Shown here piece by piece: positions 1 through 47,416 of a stretch of DNA of 64,000 nt. How positions within the stretch are numbered: the stretch's first letter is position 1; every line of letters begins with the position of its first letter. The notes below the pieces were generated by a model. The model was not told where the DNA came from. It was given only the letters and a program-made list of their open reading frames with translations, and made no database searches. This stretch comes from Chrysomallon squamiferum. Taxonomy: Eukaryota > Animalia > Mollusca. The position numbers were made by a program, and so were the translations under genes. Where the stretch lies: NCBI GenBank assembly GCA_012295275.1, contig CM022674.1, positions 3,472,001-3,536,000 on the forward strand, read 5' to 3'.

Positions 1-50
<50 letters not shown>

Positions 51-56
51 ACATAC

Positions 57-5907
<5,851 letters not shown>

Positions 5908-6003
5908 CTCCAAAATTTCTTCTTGTTTTTCCCTTCCTTGTATGTTCGCACCTTGTCACAGGTAGATCCGGAATGAAGAATGTGGTCAGTAGCCGTTTAC
6001 CCG

Positions 6004-6030
6004 TTTTATATATTACCTGTTCATTTGCAT
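6004..6030 (-). promoter_or_regulatory. Core promoter of gene A: TATA box (TATATAAAA) with adjacent octamer motif
   Basis: TTTTATATA at 6004-6012 on + lies ~100 nt upstream of the ATG, and the same position is conserved in genes B and D. ATTTGCAT at 6023-6030 is ATTTGTAT in B and D. Confidence 0.65.
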
Positions 6031-6164
6031 AAAATTTTGGTTTGACAACGTCACAAATTCTACGAAAAAAACGCCCCCCAGACTTTCTCGGAAAGAGGGC
6101 GTGTTGCAGACTTTCTTGACGAGAGCCTGCTCGGATTACATCGTCAGGTTTTTTCAGCTGTGTA

Positions 6165-6402
6165 GGGGAAACTGGGGACCTATGAGCCAATGGGGATTTA
6201 TGCCACCCCTAAACGTCTGACTGCAAAATGTTAGTAACACGTGTCCACCATCAGTGCAGCTACTAAATAGTGTAACCTTCACTTGTATTGTAGAGAGAGC
6301 TTTGGACAAGGCTAGAAACAAAAAGTCAAAAAGTATGCGAAGTGGTTCTCTGTTACACTGGGCTAATTTAATGAAAATGCTGTTGGGGTTAAGGAGCCAT
6401 TT
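6165..6402. mobile_element. Left half of a TA-flanked MITE upstream of gene A
   Basis: TA|GGGGAAACTGGGGACCTATGAGCC terminus matches the TIR of the complete copy at 59339-59867; truncated by (TATG)n. Confidence 0.6.
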
Positions 6403-6444
6403 TTGTATGTATGTATGTATGTATATGTATATGTGTGTGTGTGT

Positions 6445-6480
<36 letters not shown>

Positions 6481-6743
6481 CATATACATATCTATCTATA
6501 CATGTATATGTATGTGTATGTGTGTATGTATATATATATATATATATACACATACATACATACACTTACATCTGTGTTTGTGCGTAAACAAGTCACACAG
6601 GCAAGAGAAAACAACATAATATAATGAAAATAGCATCCGCAATGGTCTAGTTAATCCCAGAAATTTGCTTTATGTGTGTCTGTATGTGTCTCTCTGAGTG
6701 TCTCTCTCTCTATCGCTCTATCTTTCTCTCTCACTTTCTATGA

Positions 6744-6784
<41 letters not shown>

Positions 6785-6948
6785 TTTATATATATTTAGA
6801 TAGATAGGTAGATACAGATATAGATATACATATATGTGTATGTATATATATATACGTATATACATACATTTACACACACATATATATCTATATCTATACC
6901 TGTATCTACCTATCTATCTAAATATATATAAATGTCTGTGTGTGTGTA

Positions 6949-19800
<12,852 letters not shown>

Positions 19801-19816
19801 GGTTTTATGATTTTGC

Positions 19817-20660
19817 TTGTTCTCTTTAATCATTTTGGAACAATTGATAAATTGTTTACCGGTAAATGTTCGGTTACATTTGGCAGATCAAGGCATAGAA
19901 AGTCTACAATTTGCTGATGACTACGTTCTCGTCCACAAGTCACAGAGTTGTGAGTCAAGTTCTGCTAAGAATTTTGATGGTTTTCTGGTAGGATTACATC
20001 AGTTAGGAAGTCTGGTTTGGGTGGACAGCATAACTATAATACCAGGTCAGGGATGTCAGTCAAGAGTAATCTGTCGGCTGAAACAAATCCTTTTCAACCA
20101 CGTTGTTCCTATTGCAAAATGAATAATGATGTTGTTTCAAACTGTTATGCCATAAAACAAGATAATCAGAAAACTGTAGGTTTTGTCAGAACAATATGTC
20201 AGAGGATTCTATCTTTATAATTAACCAAATAGTTATTTTCATTAGGTAATTTCCATGTTTCGACACACAGGAGCTTGGCAGAGCCTGATTATAAAAGATG
20301 CCAGAAGAAATCCAGAAAAATCGACAACAGGTAAAAATATAATCATTCAGTCAGTTGGAGGAATGTGTACTACCGTTCCATTACACCGACTTCTTCCCTG
20401 TTCACCTCACGTTTCTAAAGAGGTGTTGGTCGGTCTTATAGATGGTTTATCGTTGGAGGCTGTAGATATGTTGCTGGCTAATGATCTTTCACAGAGTTTT
20501 TGTTGTAAGAAGTGCGAAACTTTACAGGTGTTAAATACTCCCATAATAACCTCTATTGGTAAAGCCACTGATACTTTTCCGGCCTACTTTAATTGCTAGG
20601 TCTATGGCAAGGAAAATCAGATCAATGGAATATCGTTTAATTCACTTAAAGATACGTTTT
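19817..20660 (+). mobile_element. Decayed Ty3/Gypsy (Gmr1-like) LTR retrotransposon fragment: gag C-terminus, zinc knuckle and aspartic protease
   Basis: Frameshifted pieces: LIILEQLINCLPVNVRLHL...FADDYVLVHK (SCAN-like gag), degenerate CCHC knuckle RCSYCKMNNDVVSNC, and FRHTGAWQSLII...VPLHRL...VDMLLANDL (LRDTGASQS-type protease with the catalytic Asp lost). No LTRs, RT or integrase seen. Confidence 0.8.
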
Positions 20661-20989
20661 TCAAGAATAGAAGAAAAACAATAGATGAGATAGACTCAGG
20701 TTAAAAAATTGAATCAGATTCTAGTCAAACATAGTTGTGCCGAGTTAGAAATAAGCACAATAAAATGTAAGCCTGAAGGTTTATCTGCCAAACAAAATAA
20801 GAAATAGAAGAAAGACAATCAAAAAAAAAATTAATATTAATAATAATCATAATAAAAAAAAATATATATATAATAAAGTGGAAACTAGAATACAAAACAA
20901 AACAATAAGAAACAAAATCACAAAAGAAAGAACACAAAAAAACACCCCCCCAAAAATAAAAAAATAAAAAAATAAACCTGCAACAAACA

Positions 20990-22690
20990 ACGTTTTCGAG
21001 AATATCTAAATCACGAAAAGTAGGAATACGAAACACTCAAGGGAAACAAATCTCGTGGAACAGTATCTTCCTAGAGTTATTTCGCTTGCTTTATCAAAAC
21101 GTGCTGTTCATAGATTCTGTAATTATATTTTGTTGTGATGTTCGCAACTTACTTAAAGTTCTGTATAAATGAAAGTGGAAATGTTATGACTACGTCTTTT
21201 GCTTTTAAATAATAGATTCGGGAATCGGATCCTACTAACGGCTACTTCATAGCTAATTATATATAACAGATACAACACTTGTACATTAATAAAGAAATTT
21301 TGTCTTTAAAATACTCTGCTGCCTGATTCATGAACTGGGTAAAACTTTGTTTAAACTAACTTTTCGAGAATATCTAAATCACCCAGAACAAGCAGGAAAT
21401 CGAAAGACTCAAGGGAAAGAATTCTCGTGGAACAATGTCTTCCTAGAGTTATTTCCCTTGCTTTATCAACACTCGCTGTTCATGGGTTCCGTAATTATTA
21501 TTTATTTATTTTTATTTTTTATTTTTTTGTGAGGTTCTCGACTTATTTAAAATTCTGTGCAACTGAAAGTGGAAGTGTGATGGTGATGTCTTTTGCTTTG
21601 AAATAATAGATTCTGGGATCGGATCCTGCTAACGGCTACTCTCATAACTAAATATATAGATACAACATTTGTATATTATTAAACAAATTTTATCTCTGTA
21701 ACATTTTAACATACTCTGCTGCGTGAGTCATTAATTTCGTGAATTTCTGTGTATAACTGAACGGGGAAGTTTCATGGCTATGTCTAGTGTTTTTCAATAA
21801 TAGCTTCCGGGATCGAATCCAGCTATCGACCACTACCAAGACCTAACTGGTTAGATGAAAGATCTCTACTCTAACGTTTTTCTATAACAATATAACATAC
21901 TAACACTAATCCAGTGTTGGCCTCATAATACAAGTTGCTGTAAGAAAGTTTCTAATGATTGACTGGCCCGGACTCAAATGAATCAAAAATACTACTAGTA
22001 CTACTACTACTACTACTACTACTACTAGTAGGAAATCGAAACAGTCAAGGGAAAGAACTCTCGTGGAACAATATCTTGCTAGAGTTATTTCGCTTGCTTT
22101 AGCAACACGTGCTGTTCATGGATTTTGTAATCATATTTTGTTGTGAGCTTCGCGACCTAGTGAAAATTGTGTGTAACTGAAAGTGGAAGTATTATGGTTA
22201 CGTCTTTTTCTTTTAAATAATAGTTTCTGGGATCGGATCCTGCTGACGGCTACTCTCATAGATAAATGTATATATACAACATTTGTACATTATTAAACAG
22301 ATTTTATCTCCGGAACACTTTAACATATTCTGCTGCTTGATTCACAAAGTGTGACTAAAAAGTCTTTGTATAATGAATAATAAGTGAACATTACAGTTAA
22401 AAGATAATAATTAAAACGAGGTTTCTTTATACTCAAGCTTTTGTGACAATCTGTATAAATGAACGTGGAAGCTTCTTGTCTACGTCTTGTTTTTTTTTGA
22501 ATAACGGTTTCTGAGATCGAATCCAGCTATCGACCATCACCAAGAGCTAACTAGGAAGATGAAAGACCACTGTTCTAACTTTTCTGTATAACAATATAAC
22601 ATACTAACACTAATCCAGTGTTGGCCACATAATACAAGTTGCTGTAAGAAAGTTTCAAATGGTTGACTGCCTCGGACCCAAATGAATCAA
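20990..22690 (+). repeat. Diverged local tandem repeat (~370-bp core, 3 copies) downstream of gene B
   Basis: The core GGGAAAGAACTCTCGTGGAACA..CTAGAGTTATTTCGCTTGCTTTATCAACAC..GGGATCGGATCCTGCTAACGGCTAC recurs at ~21040, ~21410 and ~22050. Further copies lie at 34710-35445 and, inverted, at 47715-48480. Confidence 0.8.
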
Positions 22691-22721
22691 ACATAATAAT
22701 AATAATAATAAAAATAATAAC

Positions 22722-22787
<66 letters not shown>

Positions 22788-23172
22788 TTTATGACTTTAA
22801 AATGATTGATTGTAGTTCGAATCTGCCTGAAGACTAAATATCTGTTTGTTTCTACTTTTTTTCTCTCTCTAGTTCCTTTAAACTAGATATTAGTATAAGT
22901 TATTGTGTTATGTGATCATGACTGTGATGATTATGATTAAGATGATGATAAAGAATATGAGTTTTGTTTCTTCTTTTGTTGTTACTTCTACAACAACAAA
23001 TTTTACGATAAACCAAACAACTACGTTAATGCCGTAGATACATTTTGAGAACGTGAATTACTGTAAAAACTAAGGAAATCTAATTTAACGTTTGCACATT
23101 ATAATAGAGAAAAAAATTAATAATACTAAAGAAATAAATAAACAAATAAATAACAACAACAAGAACAACAGC

Positions 23173-23219
<47 letters not shown>

Positions 23220-23222
23220 TAA

Positions 23223-23376
<154 letters not shown>

Positions 23377-23668
23377 GAAAAAAGGGAAAGGAAAAAGAGA
23401 AAGAGAAAGAGAGAAAAAGACAATACTACAAACAAAAACAAAAGATGCCAGGAAACCCCAAACAAAACGAAACAAATCTCCAATAATCCTGAAAATCAGG
23501 TCCAAAGGAAAACCAAAAAAGAAAAGAAACAAAAGAGGAAAATAAGAAGAAATTCAAATAATGAAAAACAAAAACAAACCAAAAAAACAACGTAATGCAC
23601 TAACACAACACTTCTTTTTTCTCCCATTTTGACAAATAAACAACGACAGTGCTAAAATATATACAAAA

Positions 23669-24815
23669 TTTATTACAAAATATAATGTTAATCAAATAAA
23701 AATATATCTTTTGGGCGTCCTAATTACAGTTAAATGTCGTAAACTATTTTACCGAAATATTCTCATAACCGAATAATTAATTGTATTTTATTAATCTGAA
23801 TATTTCTACTAAAAACACACCAATTATTGACGTTCCTGTAAATTTTCTACATCTCTGATTAAATATTTCCTATATACTATAATACGATACAAAATACAAT
23901 ACAATACAAGAGGATATCTTCACAGACCAGAAAAATAAATGATACTTTCATGGAATTAACAAGGACTCAGAAATCGTCTTGTATTAGTCAATAAAAAGTT
24001 AGTACTGCAGAATCACAAAAGTAGTAATAGTGCTGAGTTTACGTGGATCAAATTTACGTCACAAGGTCTCTGGTTATCACAAAGTTATCCATCATCATTC
24101 ACCAGAAACGAAAGAAAAGGGATGATGTCATAGCATCGAAAGAACGAATGTTCGACATGAAAGGAAAAGCGAACAGACGAATGACCGAAACTTTAACGAG
24201 TGTCAAAGTAGAATTTAACTTTTGTACTAAATTTTTGTATAATGTTCATGTGTTTGTGTGCGATCAAGAGTGCGTATGTGTGTAAAATAAATAAATTGAT
24301 ATAGTGATCATTTCTTGCGTCCATGTTTGGAAAAATAAAATGATATGTACTATTGATATACGATATATATGAGTGTGTGCGTTTCATATAAATATATAAT
24401 TACGTAAGTTTACGTATCTACGCATGCGCAGTGGGTAGTACGAATTTCAATGTTTTCCTAGTGATGAATATTTTAACTTTATCCAACAAGCATTTATCTT
24501 AACTTTTTATAAGTTTTATATAAAGTGTAAACTTCAGATTGAATTAATTTGGAAACAAGTTGCTTAATTATGCAGGAATCAAAATATGTAGAGAAAAGTT
24601 CTTAATAAGGACAACGAATAAGAAAACAATAATAAATATAAATAAATAAATAAGTAAATGAAAGAAGAAGAAAAACTGTTTGATAATGTTTCAGTTTCTG
24701 GTTAAGAATAAAGATTTGTAAATGTTTCAAACTTACAGCACCTCTTTTGTAATTGTAATTAAAATTTGTTTAAACAAAACTGTTTCATTTTAATACGTAC
24801 ATCTTTCTAACTGAT
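23669..24815 (-). other. Probable 3' UTR of gene B with candidate poly(A) signals
   Basis: Unique sequence downstream of the stop is near-identical to the same region of gene C (~35818-37013). AATAAA (minus) occurs at 23787-23792 and at 23669-23674, the latter followed by GT-rich sequence. Confidence 0.5.
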
Positions 24816-29975
<5,160 letters not shown>

Positions 29976-30071
29976 CTCCAAAATTTCTTCTAATTTTTCA
30001 CTTCCTTCTATATTCACACCTTGTCAAAGGTAGATCCGGTTTGAACAATGCGGTCAGTAGCTGTTTACGCG

Positions 30072-30080
30072 TTTTATATA
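30072..30080 (-). promoter_or_regulatory. TATA box of gene B
   Basis: TATATAAAA on minus strand at the same spacing to the ATG as in gene A, inside a conserved promoter block. Confidence 0.65.
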
Positions 30081-30220
30081 TTACCTGTTCATTTGTATAA
30101 AACTCGTATTTCGCAATGTCAGAAATTCTGCGTAAAAAACACCCCTGCTCTTCTCGGAAAGACGGAGTATCGCAGGTGTTGTTTACAACAGCCTGCTCGG
30201 ACTACATCGTTAGTTTTTTC

Positions 30221-30743
30221 ACTGGGGACATATGAGCCCCGGGGGATTTGTGCCACCCCATAAACTCCTGACTGCAAAATCGTTAGTAACACCTATCCAC
30301 CATCAGTGAAACTACTAAATAGTGTAACCGTCGCTCATATTTTATAGATAGCTTTGGATCAGGCTAGCAACACAAAGTTGAAACGTATGCGATGTGGTTC
30401 TCTGTTAAACTGGGCTAAGGTAATGTAAATGCTGTTGGGGATGAACGAGCCATTTTCTATGGGGTCCCACCCACCTAGTTTCCCTCTGTGATATCATTGC
30501 CCATCTGATCATAAAGGCTGCTTCATTGATAACTTACCCTGGGCACCGATGAGTCATCACAGACTCAGTTATATAAGTGTATCCCACGACGATGTTGTTG
30601 AAGGCAACCTATCAAACTGTGTATTGTAATCGAGAAACAATAATGTCTCTATAAGCATCAAAATTCTTTCAGTGAATAGCTATGAAGGTTTCGTTGAAAT
30701 GGCGAAATACCTTAAAAACGGCTCATCGGTCCCGAATTTTCCC
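30221..30743. mobile_element. TA-flanked MITE upstream of gene B (left TIR partly deleted)
   Basis: ACTGGGGACATATGAGCC ... GGCTCATCGGTCCCGAATTTTCCC|TA; colinear with the reverse complement of 59339-59867. Confidence 0.65.
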
Positions 30744-30793
30744 TATCTATGCGTGTATAAAAAAATATACATACATATATACAGACATACGTT

Positions 30794-30825
<32 letters not shown>

Positions 30826-31470
30826 TGTATGTATGTATGTATATATACACACACACATATATATATATCCATATCTGTATCTACCTATCTATCTATATTT
30901 ATAAGTGTGTGTGTGTGTGTGTACATACAGACAAATATTAAAGGCACACATTACTAAGGACGTATGTTTGTATGTGTGTACAGTTAATTAGAAATAAAAC
31001 AACTGAATGTCTCCAAATCCATCTTACACTGAAATGATTAACAGCATAAGTAAATAAGTAAACGAAAAGTACATCAAGACGACTGTAGAGAGATAAATGG
31101 AGAATAGTTTTATGAATCGAAGGGGTTTTGTGACAAATCTGGTTTACACGGCTGACAAGAAGTAGCTCAACATCTTTTATCCCAAAAATCTCAGATTACG
31201 AGGTCAGCACGAGATAAACATCTAACAGGTCTAATTTCAACAAACATAAACGTTAAAAATGTCTTTAAACCAATTCATTTGTTCGATAAAGGATGTTCAT
31301 TGAATTACATCAGCCAGTAAGATGCTGGTATAATGTTTTATTCTTTCTTAAAGTCCTATCTTGAAACTTGATCATCTGGTTGGCGGATATCATATTACTG
31401 ATAGATGGTTTTTTCTTCTTCTTCTTCTTCTTATTATTATTATTATTAGTAGTAGTAGTGGTAGTAGTAA

Positions 31471-31517
<47 letters not shown>

Positions 31518-31518
31518 A

Positions 31519-31550
<32 letters not shown>

Positions 31551-32794
31551 ATAGTAGTAGTAGTAGTAGTAGTAGTAGTAATAGTAGTAGTAGTAGTAGT
31601 ATTTTTGAAACAAAGGAAAGCACAGATAGATTTAATCGTCATATTATAAATTAACATTTGAAAAAAAAAAAAATAATGGGGATTTACCTTTTTCCCACTG
31701 TCATTTCTGATAGCTGGCTGTTTTCTGTTGTTGTTTTTTTTTTTGTTGTTGTTGTTGTTGCCTTTTTTTAAAAAACATTTTGTTATTTGTGAAAGAGAGG
31801 AAAGCAGAGATAGATTTAATCGCGGTATTTTAAACGAACAACAATCTCAGCTCTACCATTCATCACTATTGTTCTCCCTCACTAAAATATGTAGAAATGT
31901 AACTTCAGATGGGTATCATAAAGTAACAGTTCAGAGGTTAGCTATGACCTGGATGCTAATGTCACAGTATCACGATACACGTTTTCAGTACAATGTCTGG
32001 TCGCGGTCTACACCCTCTTTCTTTAATACATATCACTTTAATACTACTGAGAAAGACACACACACAAACACACAGTAATATACACATATATACATGTAAC
32101 TCTCATAATAGATGTACTAGTAGTAATAGTAGTAGATGTAGTAGCGGTAGATGTGGTTGTAGTAGAAGTAGTAATTATTATTGTTGTTGTACAGCAGTTA
32201 TAGTATAAGTTATGCACCTTTTGACCTAAATATACCATATTACGAGCCCAGCACAAGATAGAGGTCTAAGACACCTAATTTGAACAAATATAAAGGATAA
32301 AGACTTTAAACCAAATCATTTGTTCGATAAAGGACATACTTTGAATTCTGTCAGCCAGTAAAATGACTATATATATGACTTAAAGTTCCATGTTGTAAGT
32401 TGATCATATTCACTGTCGTAATGGTTGGCCCATATCATATTACTAGATTGTGTAATGATAACAAGATGGTGACTGTTTACAAAACAGGCTTCAAAACATG
32501 ACACTCGTCTCGTACACCTGCAAGTCTACAAAACGTGATGTTTTGTAGTCTGATGTACGTCTGATTAAACTTTGCACGTAGACTACGTCCGCGAACCCAG
32601 CAGCACATCCCGGGCAAGTTCAGTCACAATCTCAAAAAACCCATAATAGATTTTAAAATGTGACACCCATTCGCTCACACACTCCGTAGGCGAACTAATA
32701 TATCACTACATTAGCACAATTTCATATAAACATTTTGCTATTTTGCTATTTTGAAAATTTGTATTTATTTATTTATTTATTTATTTATTTGTCT

Positions 32795-32826
<32 letters not shown>

Positions 32827-34018
32827 TTGTTTTATGCAACATCTAAGTGCTGGTCATTTGCTTTATATAGCAACGACGACGACAACAAAGGCAACAATAA
32901 TAGCAGTAGTAATAATAGTAGTACCAGTAGTGGTAATTACATTCCTACTACTGCTGCTACTACTACTACTGTTACTACTACTGCTACTGCTCCTACTACT
33001 GCTTATAATAATAATGATGATAATGATGATAATGATGATGATAATGTTTTATATTTTCAAATTTCCTTCGTCACTATTATTTCACTTCGTAGAGAAACGT
33101 AACATTATCGCAGGTTCCCGGCTAAAAGATTTTGCGCCTCACAAAATGATGTTAGCTTTTCCGTGGGAAGATCCACCGGGCATCTGCAAATGGCTTCTTC
33201 GGATTTCTATGTGGCGTACTGATGACTGCAGAAAATGTTTGGTAAATAATAAAAATAAATATATTATTTTATTTTTTTATTTTACAAACATCGCCGTAAT
33301 CCTTCCACCACCAGTAACAACAACTACTACTACTGCAGCTAGTACTCTGTAATAATAATAATAGTAGTAGTGATAATAATAATTATTATTATTAAATGTT
33401 ATCCGAATGTTTCCGTATCACCAGACTAAGAACTGCCAGTTGTTACGCGAGCTAAATATGCTGGAAAAATAGAACAGACCCATCCAACCTAATCTAAAAT
33501 GGATTCGACCATTTCATCTCCAGCCTAATGATGATGATGATGTTTTAAAATTTCAGGAATGTTTTGTCATAATACTTCTGAACCGTTTTGACACAATACT
33601 TCAGGACTGCGCCGATAGCGTAGAGGAAGTTAACATCATCACAGGTTCCCGCCGTCATAGTCGGCATGCTGTATCCTTGGCTGTCTCGGCATCCACTACG
33701 TCGACGGCATGGAGAATTTTATATTGAAAGGCCGTCACACACCCCGGCCCCGCATGCGTTCTTGAGTCGATGATATAAAGTTTGCTCCTAAACGAAAGTC
33801 GTTGCTGTGAAGCAAATCTGTCGAAAACACTTGAGAGCCCAAGTGATTTATATCTGTACATAGCTGTTGGCATTTCTTTCATTTTTGTGGTTTTACAACA
33901 GAACAGTTTATATTTTATTTATATATTTATATATTTATAAGTTTTATTTTCTTTATCCATTTTTTTGTTTGTTTTCTTTAATCTTTTTTTTTTCTTTGTT
34001 TTTTCAAAAATTACCACA

Positions 34019-34213
34019 ATGCCTAAGACAGTTAAAAAAGTTTCGAAGGCTGGACTGCAGGGAACTTCCGCAGAAAAGCTGATTACAAAAACGGTAAAAA
34101 AACAAGACCCGAATGATGGTAAAAGACCAAGTAAGAAAACTGTAGAAGAAAAGTTAAAATCTGATATTCAGCGCTGTTTGGATTTAAATAAAGTTCCCTC
34201 CAATTATCTATAG
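34019..34213 (+). pseudogene. Truncated 5' copy of the unknown gene at 54706-56093
   Basis: MPKTVKKVSKAGLQGTSAEKLITKTVKKQDPNDGKRPSKKTVEEKLKSDIQRCLDLNKVPSNYL* matches the reverse complement of ~55900-56093 and is cut by a deletion junction at ~34209. Confidence 0.6.
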
Positions 34214-35461
34214 AAACCACTTCTACAGGAACTGTGACGTAATAACAATAACAATAATACGGCTACGTGAATATGTTTTAAAATCACGTTAAAACGTCAC
34301 AAATAATGATATCTAAATATTCGTTCACGCTGTAAATAACACTCGTCATATAACTAACTGATGAATTATATTTCTTGGAAACTTTATCAACAGAATCCAC
34401 GATCCAGCTAAAGTATATGTTACACTACACTCTAAAACATTTCAAATTTAAAATAAATCCTGTCACGCTATTTTCACAGAATATCTAAAGTGTGAAATAA
34501 GCACAAACCAATGTAACCCTGAACGTTTATCTGCCACCTAAATATTAACAACATAATTGGTATAAGAAAGAAAATAAGAAATAGAACAAAGACAACAACA
34601 AAAAAAAGTAAAAACAACAAATCAAAACCAACAGTAGAAACCAAAATACAAAATAAAAACAAAAACAACAAAAAAAATTCACAAACAAACAAGCAACAAA
34701 CAACAAAAAACGTTTTCGAGAATATCTCATTCACGAAAAGTAGGAACACGAGACAGTCAAGGGAAAGAACTCTCGTGGAACAGTATCTTGCTAGAGTTAT
34801 TTCGCTTGCTTTATCAACACGTGCTATTCATGGGTTCTGAAATTATATCTTGTTGTGAGCTTTGCGACTTATCTAAATTTCTCTGTAACAGAATGTGGAA
34901 GAGGTATGGTTATGTGTTTTGTTTTTAAATAATAGTTTCTGGGATCGGATCCTGATAACGGCTACTCTCAAAGCTAAATGTATAATTACAACATTTGTAC
35001 ATTATTAAACAGATTTTATCTCCGGAACAATTTAACATATTCTGCTGCTTGATTCACAAAGTGTGAGTAAAAAGTCTTCGTATAACTGAATAATAAGTGA
35101 ACATTACAGTTATTTTAATCTTTTATTCTATTTATTTCAAATTAAATTTGATGTAAAATAAACAATAAGTCAACATTACAGTTAAAAGCTAATAATTATA
35201 ACGAGGTTTCTTTATACTCAGGCTTTTGTGACATCTTGTATAACTGAACGTGGAAGTTTCATGACTACGTCTTTTGTTTTTGAATAAGTTTCTGGGATCG
35301 AATCCAGCTATCGACCACCATCTATTCTAACTTTTCGGTATAACAATATAACATACTAACCCTAATCCAGTGTTGGCCACATAATACAAAATGCTCTAAG
35401 AAAGTTTCAAATGGTTGACTGGCCCGGACTCAAGTGTATCAAACATAATAATAATGATAAC

Positions 35462-35534
<73 letters not shown>

Positions 35535-37013
35535 GGGAAAGGAAAAAAGAGAAAGAGAAAGAGAGAAAAGGATAATACTACAAACAAAAACAAAAGATGC
35601 CAGAAAACCCCAAACAAAACGAAACAAATCTCTAAGAATCCTGAAAATCAGGTCCAAAGGAAAACCAAAAAAGAAAAGAAACAAAAGAGGAAAATAAGAA
35701 GAAATTCAAATAATGAAAAACAAAAACAAAACAAAAACAACGTAATGCACTAACAAAACACTTCTTCTTTCTCCATTTTGAGAAATAAACAACGACAGTG
35801 CTAAAATATATACAAAATTTATTACCAAATATAATGTTAATCAAATAAAAATATATCTTTTTGGGGGTCCTAATTACAGTTAAATGTCGTAAACTATTTT
35901 ACCGAAATATTCTCATAACCGAATAATTAATTGTATTTTATTAATCTGAATATTTATACTAAAAACACACCAATTATTGAGGTTCCTCTAATTCCTCTAC
36001 ATCTCTCATTAAATATATCCTATATAATACATTATATACTATAATACGATACAAAATACAATACAATACAAGAGGATATCTTCACAGACCAGAAATATAA
36101 ATATTACTTTCATGGAATTAACAAGGACTCAGAAATCGTCTTGTATTAGTCAATAAAAAGTTAGTACTGCAGAATCACAAAAGTAGTAATAGTGCTGAGT
36201 TTACGTGGAGCAAATTTACGTCACTAAGTCTCTGGTTATCACAAAGTTATCCATCATCATTCACCTGAAACGAAAGAAAAGGGATGATGTCATAGCAATG
36301 AAAGAACGAATGTTCGACATGAAAGGAAGAGCGAACAGACGAATGACCGAAACATTAACAAGTGTCAAAGTAGATTATAACTTTTGAACTAAATTTTTGT
36401 CTAATGTTCATGTGTTTGTGTGCGATCAAGAGTGCGTATGTGTGTAAAATAAAGAATAGTGATCATTTCTTCTGTCCATGTTTGGAAAAATAAAATGATA
36501 TGTACTATTGATATACGATATATATGAGTGTGTGCGTTTCATATAAGTATATATTTACGTATGTTTACGTATCTACGCATGCGCAGCGAGTGGAACGAAT
36601 TTCAATGTTTTCCTTGTGATGAAAATTTTAACTTTATCCAACATGCATGTATCTTAACATTTTATAAGTATTATATAAAGTGTAAACTTCAGATTCAATT
36701 AATTTGGAAACAAGTTGCTTAATTATGCAGTAATCACAAAATATGTAGAGAAAAGTTCTTAATAAGGACAATGATTAAGAAAACGATAATAAATATAAAT
36801 AAATACATACATAGAACCATTAAGGAAGCAAATTAATAAATAAACAAATAAGTAAATGAAAGAAGATGAAAAACCGTTTGATAATGTTTCAGTTTCTGCT
36901 TAAGAACAAAGATTTGTAAATGTTTCAAACTAACAGCACCTCGTTTGTAATTGTAATTAAAATTAGTTTAAACAAAACTTTTTCATTTTAATACGTACAT
37001 GTTTCTAACTGAT

Positions 37014-46024
<9,011 letters not shown>

Positions 46025-46563
46025 CTATAAAAAAATATAAAAAATAAAAAATAAATACTTAATAATTATAATAATAATAATATGGAAAACTTTAGATCAG
46101 CTAAGGCAAAGCCCAACACAGATTCGGTTCACTGACGCGTTTAATATATCGTGTGTTATTTTACGAATTTTTCGTCTCAGTTCTGTGATGAATAAAAGAT
46201 GAAAGATGTACGTTTTAATCATACAAACTGACTCCTGTAAACGATCACCTAAGAGACGGTTCACTGCATGAATTCAGTGAGTGACGGCTGAGTTCAGAAA
46301 TCAAATGGTGTTGTTTTCATCTCAGATTTTTAAATTTAAAAAAAAAAGGAGAAACAAACACCAAACACGAGGTAAATGCACAATGTCATGTCTGCATTGT
46401 TTTATCAACCGAAAATGATATTTGTACGCAAGACAGGAAATGGAAGCCGGTGTAAAGGTCAGCGTAGATTCCTGACCTTTAAAATGACCTGTTAGCCAAT
46501 CAGAATCGACTAGTTTCGTTACCGGATGCATGGGCTACATTACAAATATCGCGTATGAGTTTA

Positions 46564-46635
<72 letters not shown>

Positions 46636-46925
46636 TATACCTACAGGGACAATTTGTCATGCTTTCTTCGCTAGTATAGTTTTCTTTTCCCTCTAAACTA
46701 TGTTTTCGTTTTAATTTTTGTTTTCCTTCCTTTTTTATTGTTTTTATTTATTTATTTTTATTTTTATTTATTTATTTATTTACCTTTTATTTCAAACCTG
46801 CTGGCTTTGAATTTCATAGAATCACAATTCGTAGAGTAGCCCAATTCGACTTACCCAGACTCCTAGCCCATAACACTGATTTTAAAATATACAGACAAAT
46901 ATATAGATATATAGATATATAGGTA

Positions 46926-47416
46926 CAATGGTACCTCGAGTTACGAGTGCTCCAACTTACGAGTTTTGCGTGTTACGGTCAGTAGCCGGATATTTTGCTT
47001 TGAGTTGCGAGCCGAAACTGAGTTACGAGCGAATTTCAGAGATAGGCGACTTGCTGGCTCAATGAAGAATACACAATCCGCCCAGCAACCCCGTACTTTT
47101 TACGATATGTTTCAGGTTAGGATAAAGGCTATAAATCCAGCCAAAAGCGTAAAAAATAATTTCTAAGCTGCGGATCCCTATCCATGAAAAGATGGAGAAA
47201 CCCTAACCCTGTACACTTTAAAAACAAATTTATTTCTTAAGCAGTACTTTTTATGCAATATTTCATTATTTAGAAAATTTTGGTTACCAAGTTTGGGGTG
47301 GTTTTGGAGGGGCTGCAAAGGAGTAATGGTATTTCGATTATATTCATTTGGGAAAATGAAATTGATATACGAGCAAATTGAGTTACAAATTCAGATCGTA
47401 AGTCAGGGTACCACTT
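46926..47416 (+). mobile_element. Internally deleted Tigger/pogo element in intron 1 of gene C
   Basis: TA|CAATGGTACCTCGAGTTACG ... CGTAAGTCAGGGTACCACT; colinear with 4090-4859 but lacks the HTH segment. Confidence 0.85.

Noticed and set aside
24043-24285. Plus-strand ORF shared with 36205-36387
   Set aside because: Non-ATG start, different stops in the two copies, and antisense to the duplicated 3' UTR; the similarity reflects recent duplication.
34060-34070. NF-kB-like GGGAACTTCC and similar GGGRATTT motifs
   Set aside because: Imperfect matches expected by chance; this one lies inside a pseudogene ORF.
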